Shown here piece after piece: positions 1-9,553 of a stretch of 64,000 nucleotides of DNA (position 1 is its first letter; each line of letters starts with the position of its first letter). The stretch is from an uncultured Candidatus Saccharibacteria bacterium (GTDB lineage: Bacteria > Patescibacteriota > Minisyncoccia > Phycocordibacterales > UBA5272). Location of the stretch: NCBI GenBank assembly GCA_964546555.1, contig CAZJJX010000002.1:16263-80262 (forward strand), in the 5' to 3' direction. A program made the position numbers and the translations under genes. The notes under the pieces are model-generated. The model ran no database searches, had not been told where the DNA came from, and saw nothing but the letters and a program-made list of their open reading frames with translations.

Positions 1-1
1 G

Positions 2-700
2 AATAATTTTGATGCGATGAAGCATCCTAATGGGCAAGTTGCATCTGTCTCAGTATCTGGGGATGGTGAAGTAACTGCAAAGCCAGATATTGCAACGGTA
101 ACATTTACTGTTCGTGAAAGTGCAAAGTCTGTACCAGAAGCGCAAAAGCTAGTTGAAACAAAAATTGCTACCGGTATCAAAGAATTAAAGTCGCTTGGTG
201 TTGATGATAAAGATACAAAGACATTATCATACAATGTGTCTCCAAAGTATGAATATCAAAATGGTGCGTGTACTCAGTATGGATGTGGTCCTTCTAAATC
301 AACAATTGTTGGTTATGAGGTTACACAATCTGTTACGGTAAAGGTACGTAAGGTTGAGCAAGCAGGGGATGTATTTGGAATGCTTGGAAAGGCTAACATC
401 ACTGAAATCTCAGGCCCTGATTTTACGGTAGATGATATGGATAAGTTGCAAGCAGAAGCTAAGGCTCTTGCTATCAAGAAGGCCCAAGCAAAAGCAGAAG
501 CAACTGCAAAGTCTCTTGGGGTGTCGCTTGGATCTATCATTCAGTTCTCTGAGGATAATGGTGGGTACTATCCAGTGATGTACAGAGCGACAGCTGGTAT
601 GGCAGCTATGTCAGCAGATGTTAAGACTGAACAAGTGTCACTTCCACAGGGTGAAAATGTTATCAAATCACGAGTAACAATTACCTATACACTTAAATAA
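2..700 (+). CDS. SIMPL (DUF541) domain protein, 5' end probably outside window
   Basis: VSVSGDGEVTAKPDIA...AKALAIKKAQAKAEATA...ITYTL is SIMPL-like; frame is open upstream of ATG 17 to the window edge. Confidence 0.85.
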   Translation, partial: NNFDAMKHPNGQVASVSVSGDGEVTAKPDIATVTFTVRESAKSVPEAQKLVETKIATGIKELKSLGVDDKDTKTLSYNVSPKYEYQNGACTQYGCGPSKSTIVGYEVTQSVTVKVRKVEQAGDVFGMLGKANITEISGPDFTVDDMDKLQAEAKALAIKKAQAKAEATAKSLGVSLGSIIQFSEDNGGYYPVMYRATAGMAAMSADVKTEQVSLPQGENVIKSRVTITYTLK

Positions 701-726
701 GTTCTGTACGCACAACGTGTTCTCTT

Positions 727-756
727 CAAAAAAGCGCTTACATAAGCGCTTTTTTG
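727..756 (+). terminator. intrinsic terminator
   Basis: CAAAAAAGCGCTTA-CA-TAAGCGCTTTTTTG hairpin with T-tract. Confidence 0.8.
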
Positions 757-869
757 TATTCTCGAGTATTCTTGCGTAGAGTTTAAAGATATGGTATTAT
801 TACTATATGAAATGCCCACGGGGGCGTTTTTTAGAATAAGAACAGTCCTTCTGTTCACACCTTACCTCT

Positions 870-1055
870 ATGAATAAACTTATACAATATCTAAAAGAAA
901 CAAAAGCGGAACTTAAAGAAGTTGTTTTTCCTACGACATCTCAAACTATTACGTTTACTGTTTTAGTCATTGTTATCTCAACGATCGTCGCTGTGTCACT
1001 TGGGGGTATTGATATTGGACTTCGTGCACTTCTAGAAAAAGTTATTAACCGTTAA
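870..1055 (+). CDS. secE: preprotein translocase subunit SecE
   Basis: YLKETKAELKEVVFPT plus one TM helix; directly upstream of nusG. Confidence 0.95.
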   Translation: MNKLIQYLKETKAELKEVVFPTTSQTITFTVLVIVISTIVAVSLGGIDIGLRALLEKVINR

Positions 1056-1069
1056 ACTATCCTATTTCT

Positions 1070-1615
1070 ATGGCTAAACAAGAATTTACAGGGGAGCGTC
1101 ATTGGTATGCAATTCACACCTATAGTGGTTACGAAAATGCTGTTTTGCGTAACTTAAAGCAGCGTATTGAGTCACTTGGTATGCAGGATAAGATTTTTGC
1201 AGTGGTTGTTCCACTTGAAAAAAAGATTAAGGTAAAAGGAACAAAGCGTGTCGAGGTAGAGGAAAAGATCTACCCAGGATATGTTCTTGTGGACATGATT
1301 GTGGATGATAATAGTTGGTATGTTGTTCGTAATACTCCTCGTGTTACAGGGTTCGTAGGAGCAGGGACAACACCAGTACCACTTTCTCAAAAAGAAATTG
1401 ATTTCCTCTTTAGTCGTATGAACACAGGAGAAGTTGAGCACGATATTTCTGTTGATGTTGGGGAACTTGTTGGAATTGTTGATGGTCCGTTTAAGGATTT
1501 TGAAGGAAAGGTTTCTGAAGTTGACAAGGCTCGTGGAAAACTCAAGGTGCTTGTGAATATGTTCGGGCGAGAGACTCCGGTAGAGCTCGACTTCCTCCAG
1601 ATTAAGAAAATTTAA
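1070..1615 (+). CDS. nusG: transcription factor NusG
   Basis: WYAIHTYSGYE, YPGYVLV, VRNTPRVTGFVG, KOW and MFGRETPVELDF. Confidence 0.98.
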   Translation: MAKQEFTGERHWYAIHTYSGYENAVLRNLKQRIESLGMQDKIFAVVVPLEKKIKVKGTKRVEVEEKIYPGYVLVDMIVDDNSWYVVRNTPRVTGFVGAGTTPVPLSQKEIDFLFSRMNTGEVEHDISVDVGELVGIVDGPFKDFEGKVSEVDKARGKLKVLVNMFGRETPVELDFLQIKKI

Positions 1616-1740
1616 AAAGTCATAAATTACTTCATCTACTTTGTCGCTAGGAGATTTTTATCAGTCGCCGTACAAATAAGTACGTCTTCTTCCAAAAATC
1701 GCTAGACTCCTCGTAGCTAAAGCAATTTCTAACTTTTTAA
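1612..1740. repeat. palindromic element family A, copy 1
   Basis: AAATTACTTCATCTAC...CGTAC-N-GTACG...GTAGCTAAAGCAATTT; similar to 2237-2342 and 21953-22083. Confidence 0.8.
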
Positions 1741-1820
1741 AGAATATTTAAAGAACAAAGAAATAGTCTTGAAATCAAGACAAAAACGTGTTAGAATAAC
1801 CAAACTTTAAAGAAAATACT

Positions 1821-2234
1821 ATGGCAGCAAAGAAAATTACAAAATATGTGAAAGTTCAAATTGAAGCAGGGAAAGCTACCTCTGCTCCACCACTTGGTCC
1901 AGCGCTTGGTCAGGCGGGTGTTCAGATTGGTGATTTCGTGAACAAGTTCAACGCAGCGACACAAGGAAAGCAGGGAAGAATGTCAGTAAAGATCTATGTA
2001 TACGAAGATCGTACGTATGATTTTGTTATCAAGACTCCTACAGCAACTTCACTTGTTATGAAGGCTGCAAACGTTGCAAAAGGTAACTCAAAAGGAAAGG
2101 CTGGAACAATCTCTAAGGATAAGATTCGTGAAATTGCTGAGCTTAAGCTTGCAGATCTTACTGCGCACACTGTTGAACAGGGGATGAAGATAATCGAGGG
2201 TACTGCACGTTCTGCCGGTATCAAGGTTGTTTAA
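1821..2234 (+). CDS. rplK: 50S ribosomal protein L11
   Basis: AGKATSAPPLGPALGQAGV...IEGTARSAG. Confidence 0.98.
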   Translation: MAAKKITKYVKVQIEAGKATSAPPLGPALGQAGVQIGDFVNKFNAATQGKQGRMSVKIYVYEDRTYDFVIKTPTATSLVMKAANVAKGNSKGKAGTISKDKIREIAELKLADLTAHTVEQGMKIIEGTARSAGIKVV

Positions 2235-2236
2235 GT

Positions 2237-2342
2237 AAAATCACTTCATCTACTGCGTTGCACGGAATTTTTGCTCCACGCGTCGTACAATAGTACGCCT
2301 TGGTTGCAAAAACTCCGTGCGCCTTGTAGCTAAAGCAATTTT
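2237..2342. repeat. palindromic element family A, copy 2
   Basis: AAAATCACTTCATCTACTGCGTT...CGTAC-AATA-GTACG...GCCTTGTAGCTAAAGCAATTTT. Confidence 0.85.
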
Positions 2343-2353
2343 CCATAAACAAG

Positions 2354-2391
2354 AATACAAAAGCAACCTCTAACGAGGTTGCTTTTGTATT
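2354..2391 (+). terminator. intrinsic terminator after rplK
   Basis: AATACAAAAGCAACCTC-TAAC-GAGGTTGCTTTTGTATT. Confidence 0.8.
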
Positions 2392-2506
2392 TGCTAAAGG
2401 CTGCTAGATAAAAGCTAATGGCTGCATATTTGCGGTTTTTTGTTTTGCAATGTAGGATTGGCGCAGGCCCCGAAAGGGAATATGGTCATTATCGGTGAGG
2501 TTACAA

Positions 2507-3118
2507 ATGAACAACGAAGAAGGGGTTCCTCTACAGTGGGTAGCAGGAACGAATCGTGTTGTACTGGGAAAGATGTTGAGTCATAAGCTTGAGCCAACCT
2601 TTGAACGCCCGTCTCGATTGGATGTTGAAGCACAACAAGTAATCATCATCTCCAAGCGATCAACGTGCATGTTTTACGAAGTTGGTGCCAGGATTTGGTA
2701 TGTTCACGGGAAGAATCACTACTTCGTATCAGATGGGTACAACGGTGCCTCAGCTGGTGATGTTGATCCTCGCATGGTTGGATGCGCGCGTGTTGTTGAT
2801 GGCCAGCTTCAGGAAGGGAAAGGGTTGTGCCGAGGCTCCCACGCAGAACTAAATGCAGTAGGTAATTGCCAAGTTGATACAAGACTCTATCCTGATGTAC
2901 GTATGATGATCACGCTCCATCCTTGTTTTGGTTGTGCCAAGCAAATCGTGAATGCTGGGATCAAATACGTCTACTACATCTGGGAGTATGGACGTGAAGA
3001 GTTTGTGACACAGTACTTGAGGGATAGAGGTATTGGTATTGAGCGATATACTTCACCATTTCTGGAGAAGTGGATTGCTCATAACAATTATGATCCGAAG
3101 AACCTTAAGCTCGGATAG
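2507..3118 (+). CDS. dCMP deaminase (ComEB/cytidine-deaminase family)
   Basis: RSTC..VGA, GYNG, HAELNA and PCFGC zinc motifs; start set at ATG 2507 after GGTGAGG. Confidence 0.88.
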   Translation: MNNEEGVPLQWVAGTNRVVLGKMLSHKLEPTFERPSRLDVEAQQVIIISKRSTCMFYEVGARIWYVHGKNHYFVSDGYNGASAGDVDPRMVGCARVVDGQLQEGKGLCRGSHAELNAVGNCQVDTRLYPDVRMMITLHPCFGCAKQIVNAGIKYVYYIWEYGREEFVTQYLRDRGIGIERYTSPFLEKWIAHNNYDPKNLKLG

Positions 3119-3175
3119 GGGTTACCTCTTGGCGGTCGCATGGACCGCCTTTTCTTTTTATGTTACTTTTATACT

Positions 3176-3595
3176 ATGAATATACAAGTAAAAAAATTAT
3201 ACAAGGATGCTGTTATGCCCTCTCGTGCACATCATGATGATGCTGGCATAGACCTCTTTGCATACGGTGATTATACTCTACACCCACAGGAAATGGTTAC
3301 AATAAAAACCGGATGCGCCTTTGAAATAGATAAGGGGTATGTTGGCCTTATTTGGGATAAGTCATCGATTGGTGCAAAAGGGATAAAAACACTAGGTGGG
3401 GTAGTTGATGCTGGGTATCGAGGTGAAGTACTTGTCATGCTTCACAATCTTTCAAATGAATTACACACATTTAAACATGGTCATAAAGTCGCCCAGCTCC
3501 TTATTCAAAAAGTTGAGTTTCCTGAAATTGTAGAAGTAGGTGAATTATCTGATTCTATTCGTGGGCAAGGGGGATTTGGGAGTACGGGGAAGTAA
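3176..3595 (+). CDS. dut: dUTP diphosphatase
   Basis: DAGIDL, GVVDAGYRGE, RGQGGFGSTG. Confidence 0.96.
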   Translation: MNIQVKKLYKDAVMPSRAHHDDAGIDLFAYGDYTLHPQEMVTIKTGCAFEIDKGYVGLIWDKSSIGAKGIKTLGGVVDAGYRGEVLVMLHNLSNELHTFKHGHKVAQLLIQKVEFPEIVEVGELSDSIRGQGGFGSTGK

Positions 3596-3664
3596 TTTGC
3601 TATTTAGTCTTGGTTCATTTAGTATTGATGTGGGCACTTTTGGTTAATTTTTAGGAGCATGATT

Positions 3665-4186
3665 ATGAGTCAGACAATTAGTGTTATCGGTGCTTTTTCA
3701 ATAAACGGTGTTTATGGTGAAGGTAATGAAATGGTGTGGAAAATTCTTGAAGACTTTAAACACTTTAAGAAATTAACCATTGAGTGGACGGTAATTATGG
3801 GAAGACTTACACGGGAGTCATTGCCACGTAAGCCGCTCCCACATCGTGAAAATATTGTAGTATCATCAAACGCATCCTATAAAGCAGATGGTGCAATTGT
3901 ATGCACTTCTTTTGAACAAGCACTAGCTAAAGCAAGCACCAATAAAATTTTCTGCATTGGTGGCAAAGAGGTTTGGTACAAAGGGATGGATATTGCTGAC
4001 GAGGCATGGATTACTGTTGTGAAAAACGAGTATCCAATAACTCCAGGCGTGACTCGTACTGCACCAGATCTTATTAATCCACCAGCCCGCTGGCCAGGAT
4101 TTTCATTTAACGAAATGGTCGTGAATAGAGATGCTGAAGGGGATACGCCAGGTTTTAGTATTGTTCATTGGGTGAGAAAAAAATAG
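3665..4186 (+). CDS. folA: dihydrofolate reductase
   Basis: EDFKHFKKLT, VIMGR.T.ESLP.KPLP.RENIV, IGG; start set after AGGAG. Confidence 0.92.
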   Translation: MSQTISVIGAFSINGVYGEGNEMVWKILEDFKHFKKLTIEWTVIMGRLTRESLPRKPLPHRENIVVSSNASYKADGAIVCTSFEQALAKASTNKIFCIGGKEVWYKGMDIADEAWITVVKNEYPITPGVTRTAPDLINPPARWPGFSFNEMVVNRDAEGDTPGFSIVHWVRKK

Positions 4187-4190
4187 CAAG

Positions 4191-4225
4191 AAAAAAGCCA
4201 AACGCGCGTGCGCGTTTGGCTTTTG
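4191..4225. terminator. bidirectional terminator between folA and thyA
   Basis: AAAAAAGCCAAACGCGC/GCGCGTTTGGCTTTT between convergent genes. Confidence 0.8.
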
Positions 4226-4241
4226 TTGTACTAGGATTAAC

Positions 4242-5171
4242 CTAGAGAAGAACAGCTGAAATTTTTTCGTGACTTCTGTAACCAATAAGCTTGATATCGT
4301 CCACTGTGAAATCATCAATATTTTTTACAAGTGGGTTCAGCCAAAGCTTTGGACCTTTTAAAGGTTTTCTTGCAAGTTGTTTATTCACTTGCCGAATATG
4401 ACCTTTATTCCACTGCGGTTTTTCTTCCACATCAAGACCTGCCATATAAATATGGCAGTCCTCAAGTGTAATCACGAGTTCACCTGGCACCATATCAACA
4501 CACTGGGCTACCATGTGGCACAGAAGTGCGTAACTTGCGATATTAAAAGGAACCCCCAGGAACATATCGCACGACCTCTGATCCATTGAAATATCAAGGT
4601 ACATTTTTTTATCTCGACGCCTGCTTGGGCGCACGAAGAATTGCATCTTCATGTGACAAGGTGGAAGACACATATCATTAAGTTCTCCCGGATTCCAGGC
4701 AGTGACAATATGATATCTACTGAAAGGATCTTCTTTGATTTGCTTCATTACCTTGGCGATTTGGTCAACAGTCGAGCCATCTGGTGCACGCCAATTTCTC
4801 CATTGTGCACCATAGATGCGTCCGCAGTCTCCTTCAAACTTTGCCTTACCTTGTGAAGCAAAACGAGTTTGATCCATTGTCCAGATATTTTTTGCAGTTG
4901 CAGGCTTTTCAAGAAGTTCATTGAGACGTGCAATGGAAAGTCTCCAATCTGTTGCTTTACCTGCCTCCAGAAACCAAATAAGTTCCGCTACAACGACATT
5001 AAATGCAAGGTACTTTGTGGTTGTTGCAGGGAAACTGTGTTGCAAGTTAAACCTCATTTGTCGTGCAAATACTGCATCTGTAATGCCATTCCTTGTCTTG
5101 CGTCGCGATCCATTCTGTTTCGTGAATCGCAATGCGCGCAGATACGCCTCTTCGTTTGGGTTTAAGTTCAT
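4242..5171 (-). CDS. thyA: thymidylate synthase
   Basis: YGAQWR, LPPCH catalytic Cys, QRSCDMFLGVPFNIASY, DCHIY. Confidence 0.97.
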   Translation of the reverse strand: MNLNPNEEAYLRALRFTKQNGSRRKTRNGITDAVFARQMRFNLQHSFPATTTKYLAFNVVVAELIWFLEAGKATDWRLSIARLNELLEKPATAKNIWTMDQTRFASQGKAKFEGDCGRIYGAQWRNWRAPDGSTVDQIAKVMKQIKEDPFSRYHIVTAWNPGELNDMCLPPCHMKMQFFVRPSRRRDKKMYLDISMDQRSCDMFLGVPFNIASYALLCHMVAQCVDMVPGELVITLEDCHIYMAGLDVEEKPQWNKGHIRQVNKQLARKPLKGPKLWLNPLVKNIDDFTVDDIKLIGYRSHEKISAVLL

Positions 5172-5404
5172 CTCTTTCTCCTTTGTTGAGATTAAAAAGA
5201 TTGTTAAAGAGCTGTGTGAACTTTACAGTTTTATTGTGTTTCTTACAAGATTGACAAATTTAAGTATTTCTTTGTTTGTGAGAAGGGTTTAGTTGCTGTA
5301 CTATTGCATCAGATGTGTTGTTTTTTTGTTTCGATACAATACTTTGCAAGAAGTCGAAACGTTTTTATCCGAACAACTTTTTCTTTTTCGAAAGGGGAGA
5401 TGAG

Positions 5405-6103
5405 ATGACCGCACGACTAATTGTGATTGAAGGTTCCGATGGAGCGGGTAAAGAAACCCAAACAGGTTTGCTTTTTAAACATCTAGAAAATACAGGTGTT
5501 AAAGTTGCACGGGTTTCATTTCCTCGTTATAATCAAACGCTCGGTGGATCTCTACTGTTTGAGGTTCTTAAGAGTGAGCGTGCTTTGCGTTATAACTTTT
5601 CAAAAGTCGACCCGAAGATTGCTAGTAGGCTTTATACCATGGATAGAGAAGAGTCATTGCCATACCTCCAGGATTTGCTCTACACCAATGAAGTGGTAAT
5701 CTCTGACAGGTATGTCGAATCGAATCTTCTTCATCAAGGTGGCAAGTTTGCAACAGATGATGAGAAGATTGATTTTGCAAAATGGTTGTACGAAGAAGAG
5801 TACATACGTGCAAAGTTACCAAAGCCAAATGAGGTTATCTATCTATCTCTTCCGTTTTGGCTTTCAAGAAAGCGTGCAGAACAGCGTGCCCAAAAAGGTG
5901 GACCAAAACTAGATGCTGTTGAAAGTGATATAGAGTATGTTAAGCAAGGGCATGAAGCAGGGCTCTTCTACGCAAAACATTTTGAATGGCAAGTGGTTGA
6001 AGGTGTTCGAGATAGTCACGAGCGTACGCCTGAGCAGATTCACAAGGAAGTAGTTGTGGTTGCAGGGTATGCGGGAAAAGAATATTTCGATAGTATTCCG
6101 TGA
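5405..6103 (+). CDS. tmk: thymidylate kinase
   Basis: IVIEGSDGAGKETQ P-loop, SFPRY, DRYVESN; start set after GGGGAG. Confidence 0.9.
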   Translation: MTARLIVIEGSDGAGKETQTGLLFKHLENTGVKVARVSFPRYNQTLGGSLLFEVLKSERALRYNFSKVDPKIASRLYTMDREESLPYLQDLLYTNEVVISDRYVESNLLHQGGKFATDDEKIDFAKWLYEEEYIRAKLPKPNEVIYLSLPFWLSRKRAEQRAQKGGPKLDAVESDIEYVKQGHEAGLFYAKHFEWQVVEGVRDSHERTPEQIHKEVVVVAGYAGKEYFDSIP

Positions 6104-6120
6104 ATATTGCATAAATAATG

Positions 6121-6148
6121 ACTGACCCAAGTTTTGGGTCAGTTTTTT
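6121..6148 (+). terminator. intrinsic terminator
   Basis: ACTGACCCAA-GTT-TTGGGTCAGT plus T-tract. Confidence 0.75.
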
Positions 6149-6192
6149 CTTTTTTTCTTTTTATTATTTCCTAAATAAGGTAGTATAGAGAG

Positions 6193-7893
6193 ATGAATTC
6201 GTACGAGACAATTAAACAGGCGCTCTATACCCTTGCGGGGAGCGGTGTTGCGTTTTCTCTTCTGCAGCCAGAAGATGTGGCGCATGGCGATTATGCGACC
6301 AACATTGCATTTCCACTTTCAAAAGCAAAAGGTGTTTCTCCTAAGGAGTGTGCTTTAGAAATCATTATTCTACTTACTCAGTCACTGTCTGATGTCATAG
6401 AAAAAATAGAAGTCGCAGGTCCTGGTTTTATTAACTTTTACCTTAAAGATGACGTGCGAACTGACGCTGTGGAAGAGATCGCACTACATGGGATCTTAAG
6501 ACCACTCTTAGAAGAGAAAGCACTTGTTGAATACACTGATCCGAACTGTTTTAAGGTTTTTCATATTGGCCACTTGATGGCAAATGCTATAGGGGAATCA
6601 CTTTCTCGAATCTACGAAATGAAAGGCTATGATGTGACTCGAGTGTGCTATCCGTCAGATATCGGTAGGAATGTCGCCATGGGTGTGTGGGGTGTAATGC
6701 AAAAAACTTCTGAGAAACCAGATGAAGAAGCTTCACTTAAGGATAAAGTTGCGTTCCTTGGGATGTGCTATGCGTACGCTCACTCACAGTTTGAAAGCAA
6801 TGAAGCCGCAAAGCATGAGATAGCCGAAGTTAATCGCGCTATTTATGAAGGTACAAATCCTGAAGTTATGGAAGTGTATACTGAAGGACGAGCGCTCTCA
6901 CTCGCGTACTTCGATAGTCTGTATGAAAAGTTAGGCACTACGTTTGATGCTTTTATTTATGAATCTGAAGTTGCAGATCCAGGACTTGCGATTGTGCGTG
7001 AGCATCTTGCAAAAGGTGTCTTTGAAGAGTCAGATGGTGCAATTGTATACAAAGGTGAGCAAGATGGACTCCATACACGAGTGTTTGTTAACGCCCAAGG
7101 GCTTCCAACATACGAAGCAAAGGATCTTGGTAACTATGTTAAGAAAATGGAACTTGTTCCTGATGCGTCATACTATGTTGTTGTAACAGCGAGTGAACAG
7201 AATGAATATTTTAAGGTACTAAATACAGTAACTAAGAAAATTTTCCCACAACTAGAGAACAAACTTGTACACATAAACCACGGCATGATGCGCCTCCCAG
7301 AAGGGAAAATGTCATCTCGTACAGGTAATGTGATAGGGGGTGAAGATATGTTATGTATGATTGAAGAGCGTCTTAAGGAAAAGGTAATTGATATGCGTGT
7401 ACCTGAAGGTGAAATACAAAAGCTTGTGAATGATATTGCAGTTGGTGCAATAAAGTTTTCTATCCTTAAGATCGCACCAGGGAAAGACATTGCATTTGAT
7501 TTTGAGAAGTCACTTTCCTTCGAAGGGGACTCTGGACCGTATCTTCAGTATACGCATGCGAGATTGTGTGCGCTTTTGGATAAAGCAGAAGTAAGTGGTA
7601 TAGATTTTGAACATGGGTATGTTGTAGAAGCACCTGAGGTTGAAGTTGAACGAACTCTCGCGGCATATTCTCAAGTCTTAGAAAAAGCATTTAACGATCT
7701 TGGCCCACATCATATCGTTCAGTACTTACTTGTAGTTACTCGAGTGTTTAATAGTATGTATGCACGCCATCAGATAGTTGATGAGAATAACAAGGATGTA
7801 AGTCGCTACTATGTCATGCTCGCTCAAGCAACAAAAAATATCTTGGCTCACGGACTCAATGTTTTAGGAATTAAGGCACCTGAGAGAATGTAG
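6193..7893 (+). CDS. argS: arginine--tRNA ligase
   Basis: HGDYATN, GPGFINF, FHIGH, KMSSRTG, GPYLQYTHAR, C-terminal PERM. Confidence 0.98.
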   Translation: MNSYETIKQALYTLAGSGVAFSLLQPEDVAHGDYATNIAFPLSKAKGVSPKECALEIIILLTQSLSDVIEKIEVAGPGFINFYLKDDVRTDAVEEIALHGILRPLLEEKALVEYTDPNCFKVFHIGHLMANAIGESLSRIYEMKGYDVTRVCYPSDIGRNVAMGVWGVMQKTSEKPDEEASLKDKVAFLGMCYAYAHSQFESNEAAKHEIAEVNRAIYEGTNPEVMEVYTEGRALSLAYFDSLYEKLGTTFDAFIYESEVADPGLAIVREHLAKGVFEESDGAIVYKGEQDGLHTRVFVNAQGLPTYEAKDLGNYVKKMELVPDASYYVVVTASEQNEYFKVLNTVTKKIFPQLENKLVHINHGMMRLPEGKMSSRTGNVIGGEDMLCMIEERLKEKVIDMRVPEGEIQKLVNDIAVGAIKFSILKIAPGKDIAFDFEKSLSFEGDSGPYLQYTHARLCALLDKAEVSGIDFEHGYVVEAPEVEVERTLAAYSQVLEKAFNDLGPHHIVQYLLVVTRVFNSMYARHQIVDENNKDVSRYYVMLAQATKNILAHGLNVLGIKAPERM

Positions 7894-7953
7894 ACATTTT
7901 ATAATAAATGTGTTATAATATAAATTGGTTCAACGGTAAATGAGGAGTTCCTT

Positions 7954-8286
7954 ATGAACAAATTGTCTAATGATATGGTCAAGGGTATCATCTTGGGTAT
8001 TCTTGATTCTGGCCCAAAGACTTTGGATGACTTGAATGCTGCTTATGGAGAGATCTTGAGAACTTTTGTGGAGAGGGGTGTCAATATTGATGAACTTAAA
8101 AATGTTGAGTTCCTTCCTCAAAAGAGACTTCTCAACACACTTCAGGTACTGAAACATGAAGGTTTGATTAAGGTAGAAGAAGTGATTGTTGATTCTTCGG
8201 TCACGTTCAAAGATGGTTGCAACGTTTCTGATTTAAATTTTGTAGTTACTTTCTATAGGCCTAGCCTGGGAGTCGATTCTTTCTGA
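7954..8286 (+). CDS. hypothetical protein, possible winged-helix DNA-binding fold
   Basis: ILGILDSGPKTLDDL...LLNTLQVLKHEGLIKV resembles wHTH; own promoter TAGACA-17-TATAAT and SD GAGGAG. Confidence 0.55.
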   Translation: MNKLSNDMVKGIILGILDSGPKTLDDLNAAYGEILRTFVERGVNIDELKNVEFLPQKRLLNTLQVLKHEGLIKVEEVIVDSSVTFKDGCNVSDLNFVVTFYRPSLGVDSF

Positions 8287-8390
8287 TGTATTAATTCTTT
8301 TATATTCAACTTTCTAATTGGGTATAAAAAGCAAAACACCAAGAACAGCTTGTTCTTGGTGTTTTTATAAATATATGTTTTTTCTGAAAG

Positions 8391-9245
8391 CTAGTATTCT
8401 CGTAAATTATAATCGAATCGATGTTGGTAGAGTGCTGCCCAAAGACGAATATACATAATGCGATACCCTTCACTACTTGGGTGTAATCCATCGTGTGAGA
8501 AAAAATTAGATGGACACGTTTCACCAGGAAGAAAAACAGGGACTGCCTGTATGCCATAAATCTCAGCGGTTCTTAGATAGATTTCGTTAATGATTCTAGT
8601 TCTTCTTGTGATAAGCCATCGAATAAAAAACGGGAACACAGGTGCGGAGATGTCATTATTATAAATAATAAGTACAATGTTTTTACCGCTTAATGTCATA
8701 GTACGAGAAATCACTTCACGAAGATTTTGTTCAACAGAAGCAAGGGGAGTCATTTTCCACGTATCATTTCCACCTGAACTTATAATTGTTAAATTGTAAT
8801 GCTTGCCTTCTGCGCGCTTTAGCTGTGTAAGCATATTTGATGTTGTTGATCCATTAACGGCATAGTTATGAATTGCAACATCAGGGAAGTCGTGTGCAAA
8901 TCTTCCTGCAAGGGTATCCTCTATTGTTCGGGCACCTGTACCGTATCCGGTACTATCTCCTAGGATAAGAACATTACGACTGCTACTAGAGTTTATATCT
9001 CTAGGTCTTTCTCCTTGTTGTTTAGCGATTTTTCTATTTGTGATGCCATTTATGATGATCATTCTCATTTGACTTGCAAACAAAAGCACAAGAATTGCAA
9101 GACCAAAATAAAGATACAATGTATGGGTGTGTGTAGTTTGGTAATATAAAATGCTTTCTACAAGATTATCTTTATCTAAAGAAGATGTAGAGAGAAAAAG
9201 TTGTGAGCCAAGAGAGGTTATGTTGTTTACGTTTGCAGTATCCAT
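8391..9245 (-). CDS. membrane-anchored SGNH/GDSL hydrolase
   Basis: GDSTG, GGND and DGLHPS blocks; N-terminal TM; start uncertain. Confidence 0.85.
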   Translation of the reverse strand: MDTANVNNITSLGSQLFLSTSSLDKDNLVESILYYQTTHTHTLYLYFGLAILVLLFASQMRMIIINGITNRKIAKQQGERPRDINSSSSRNVLILGDSTGYGTGARTIEDTLAGRFAHDFPDVAIHNYAVNGSTTSNMLTQLKRAEGKHYNLTIISSGGNDTWKMTPLASVEQNLREVISRTMTLSGKNIVLIIYNNDISAPVFPFFIRWLITRRTRIINEIYLRTAEIYGIQAVPVFLPGETCPSNFFSHDGLHPSSEGYRIMYIRLWAALYQHRFDYNLREY

Positions 9246-9333
9246 AGTGGTCTTGTTAGTATAGCGACAAATCTTCTTCTTCCATAGGGAGTATTTACGA
9301 TTGTAAGGGGTGTATGATAGTATAGAAGTGTAA

Positions 9334-9510
9334 GCGTTGATTGGACTAATCACCCAGGAGCTCAAGGAAGAACGTTGTCGAGATATTCTAGATAACTAGT
9401 AGAACCTTAATAATTAAGGGAGTCATTGCACTCTAAAGCAAGGTGGTACCACGGTTTATAAAAATCGTCCTTGAGAAAACAAGCACATTGTTTTCTTAGG
9501 GGCGATTTTT
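9334..9510 (+). promoter_or_regulatory. T-box riboswitch (Ile, AUC specifier) with intrinsic terminator
   Basis: Short stem I with ATC at 9349-9351, GAA/AGTA S-turn stem II, T-box AAGGTGGTACCACGG 9440-9454 pairing with CGTCCTTG, terminator 9460-9510, directly upstream of ileS. Confidence 0.88.
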
Positions 9511-9553
9511 GCTTTATATTACTACTAACGCGTTATCAATTACATTTATTACT

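Noticed and set aside
9471-9553. Upstream starts for ileS and ORF 9471-9728
   Set aside because: They fall within the T-box terminator region; ATG 9554 matches the expected IleRS N-terminus.
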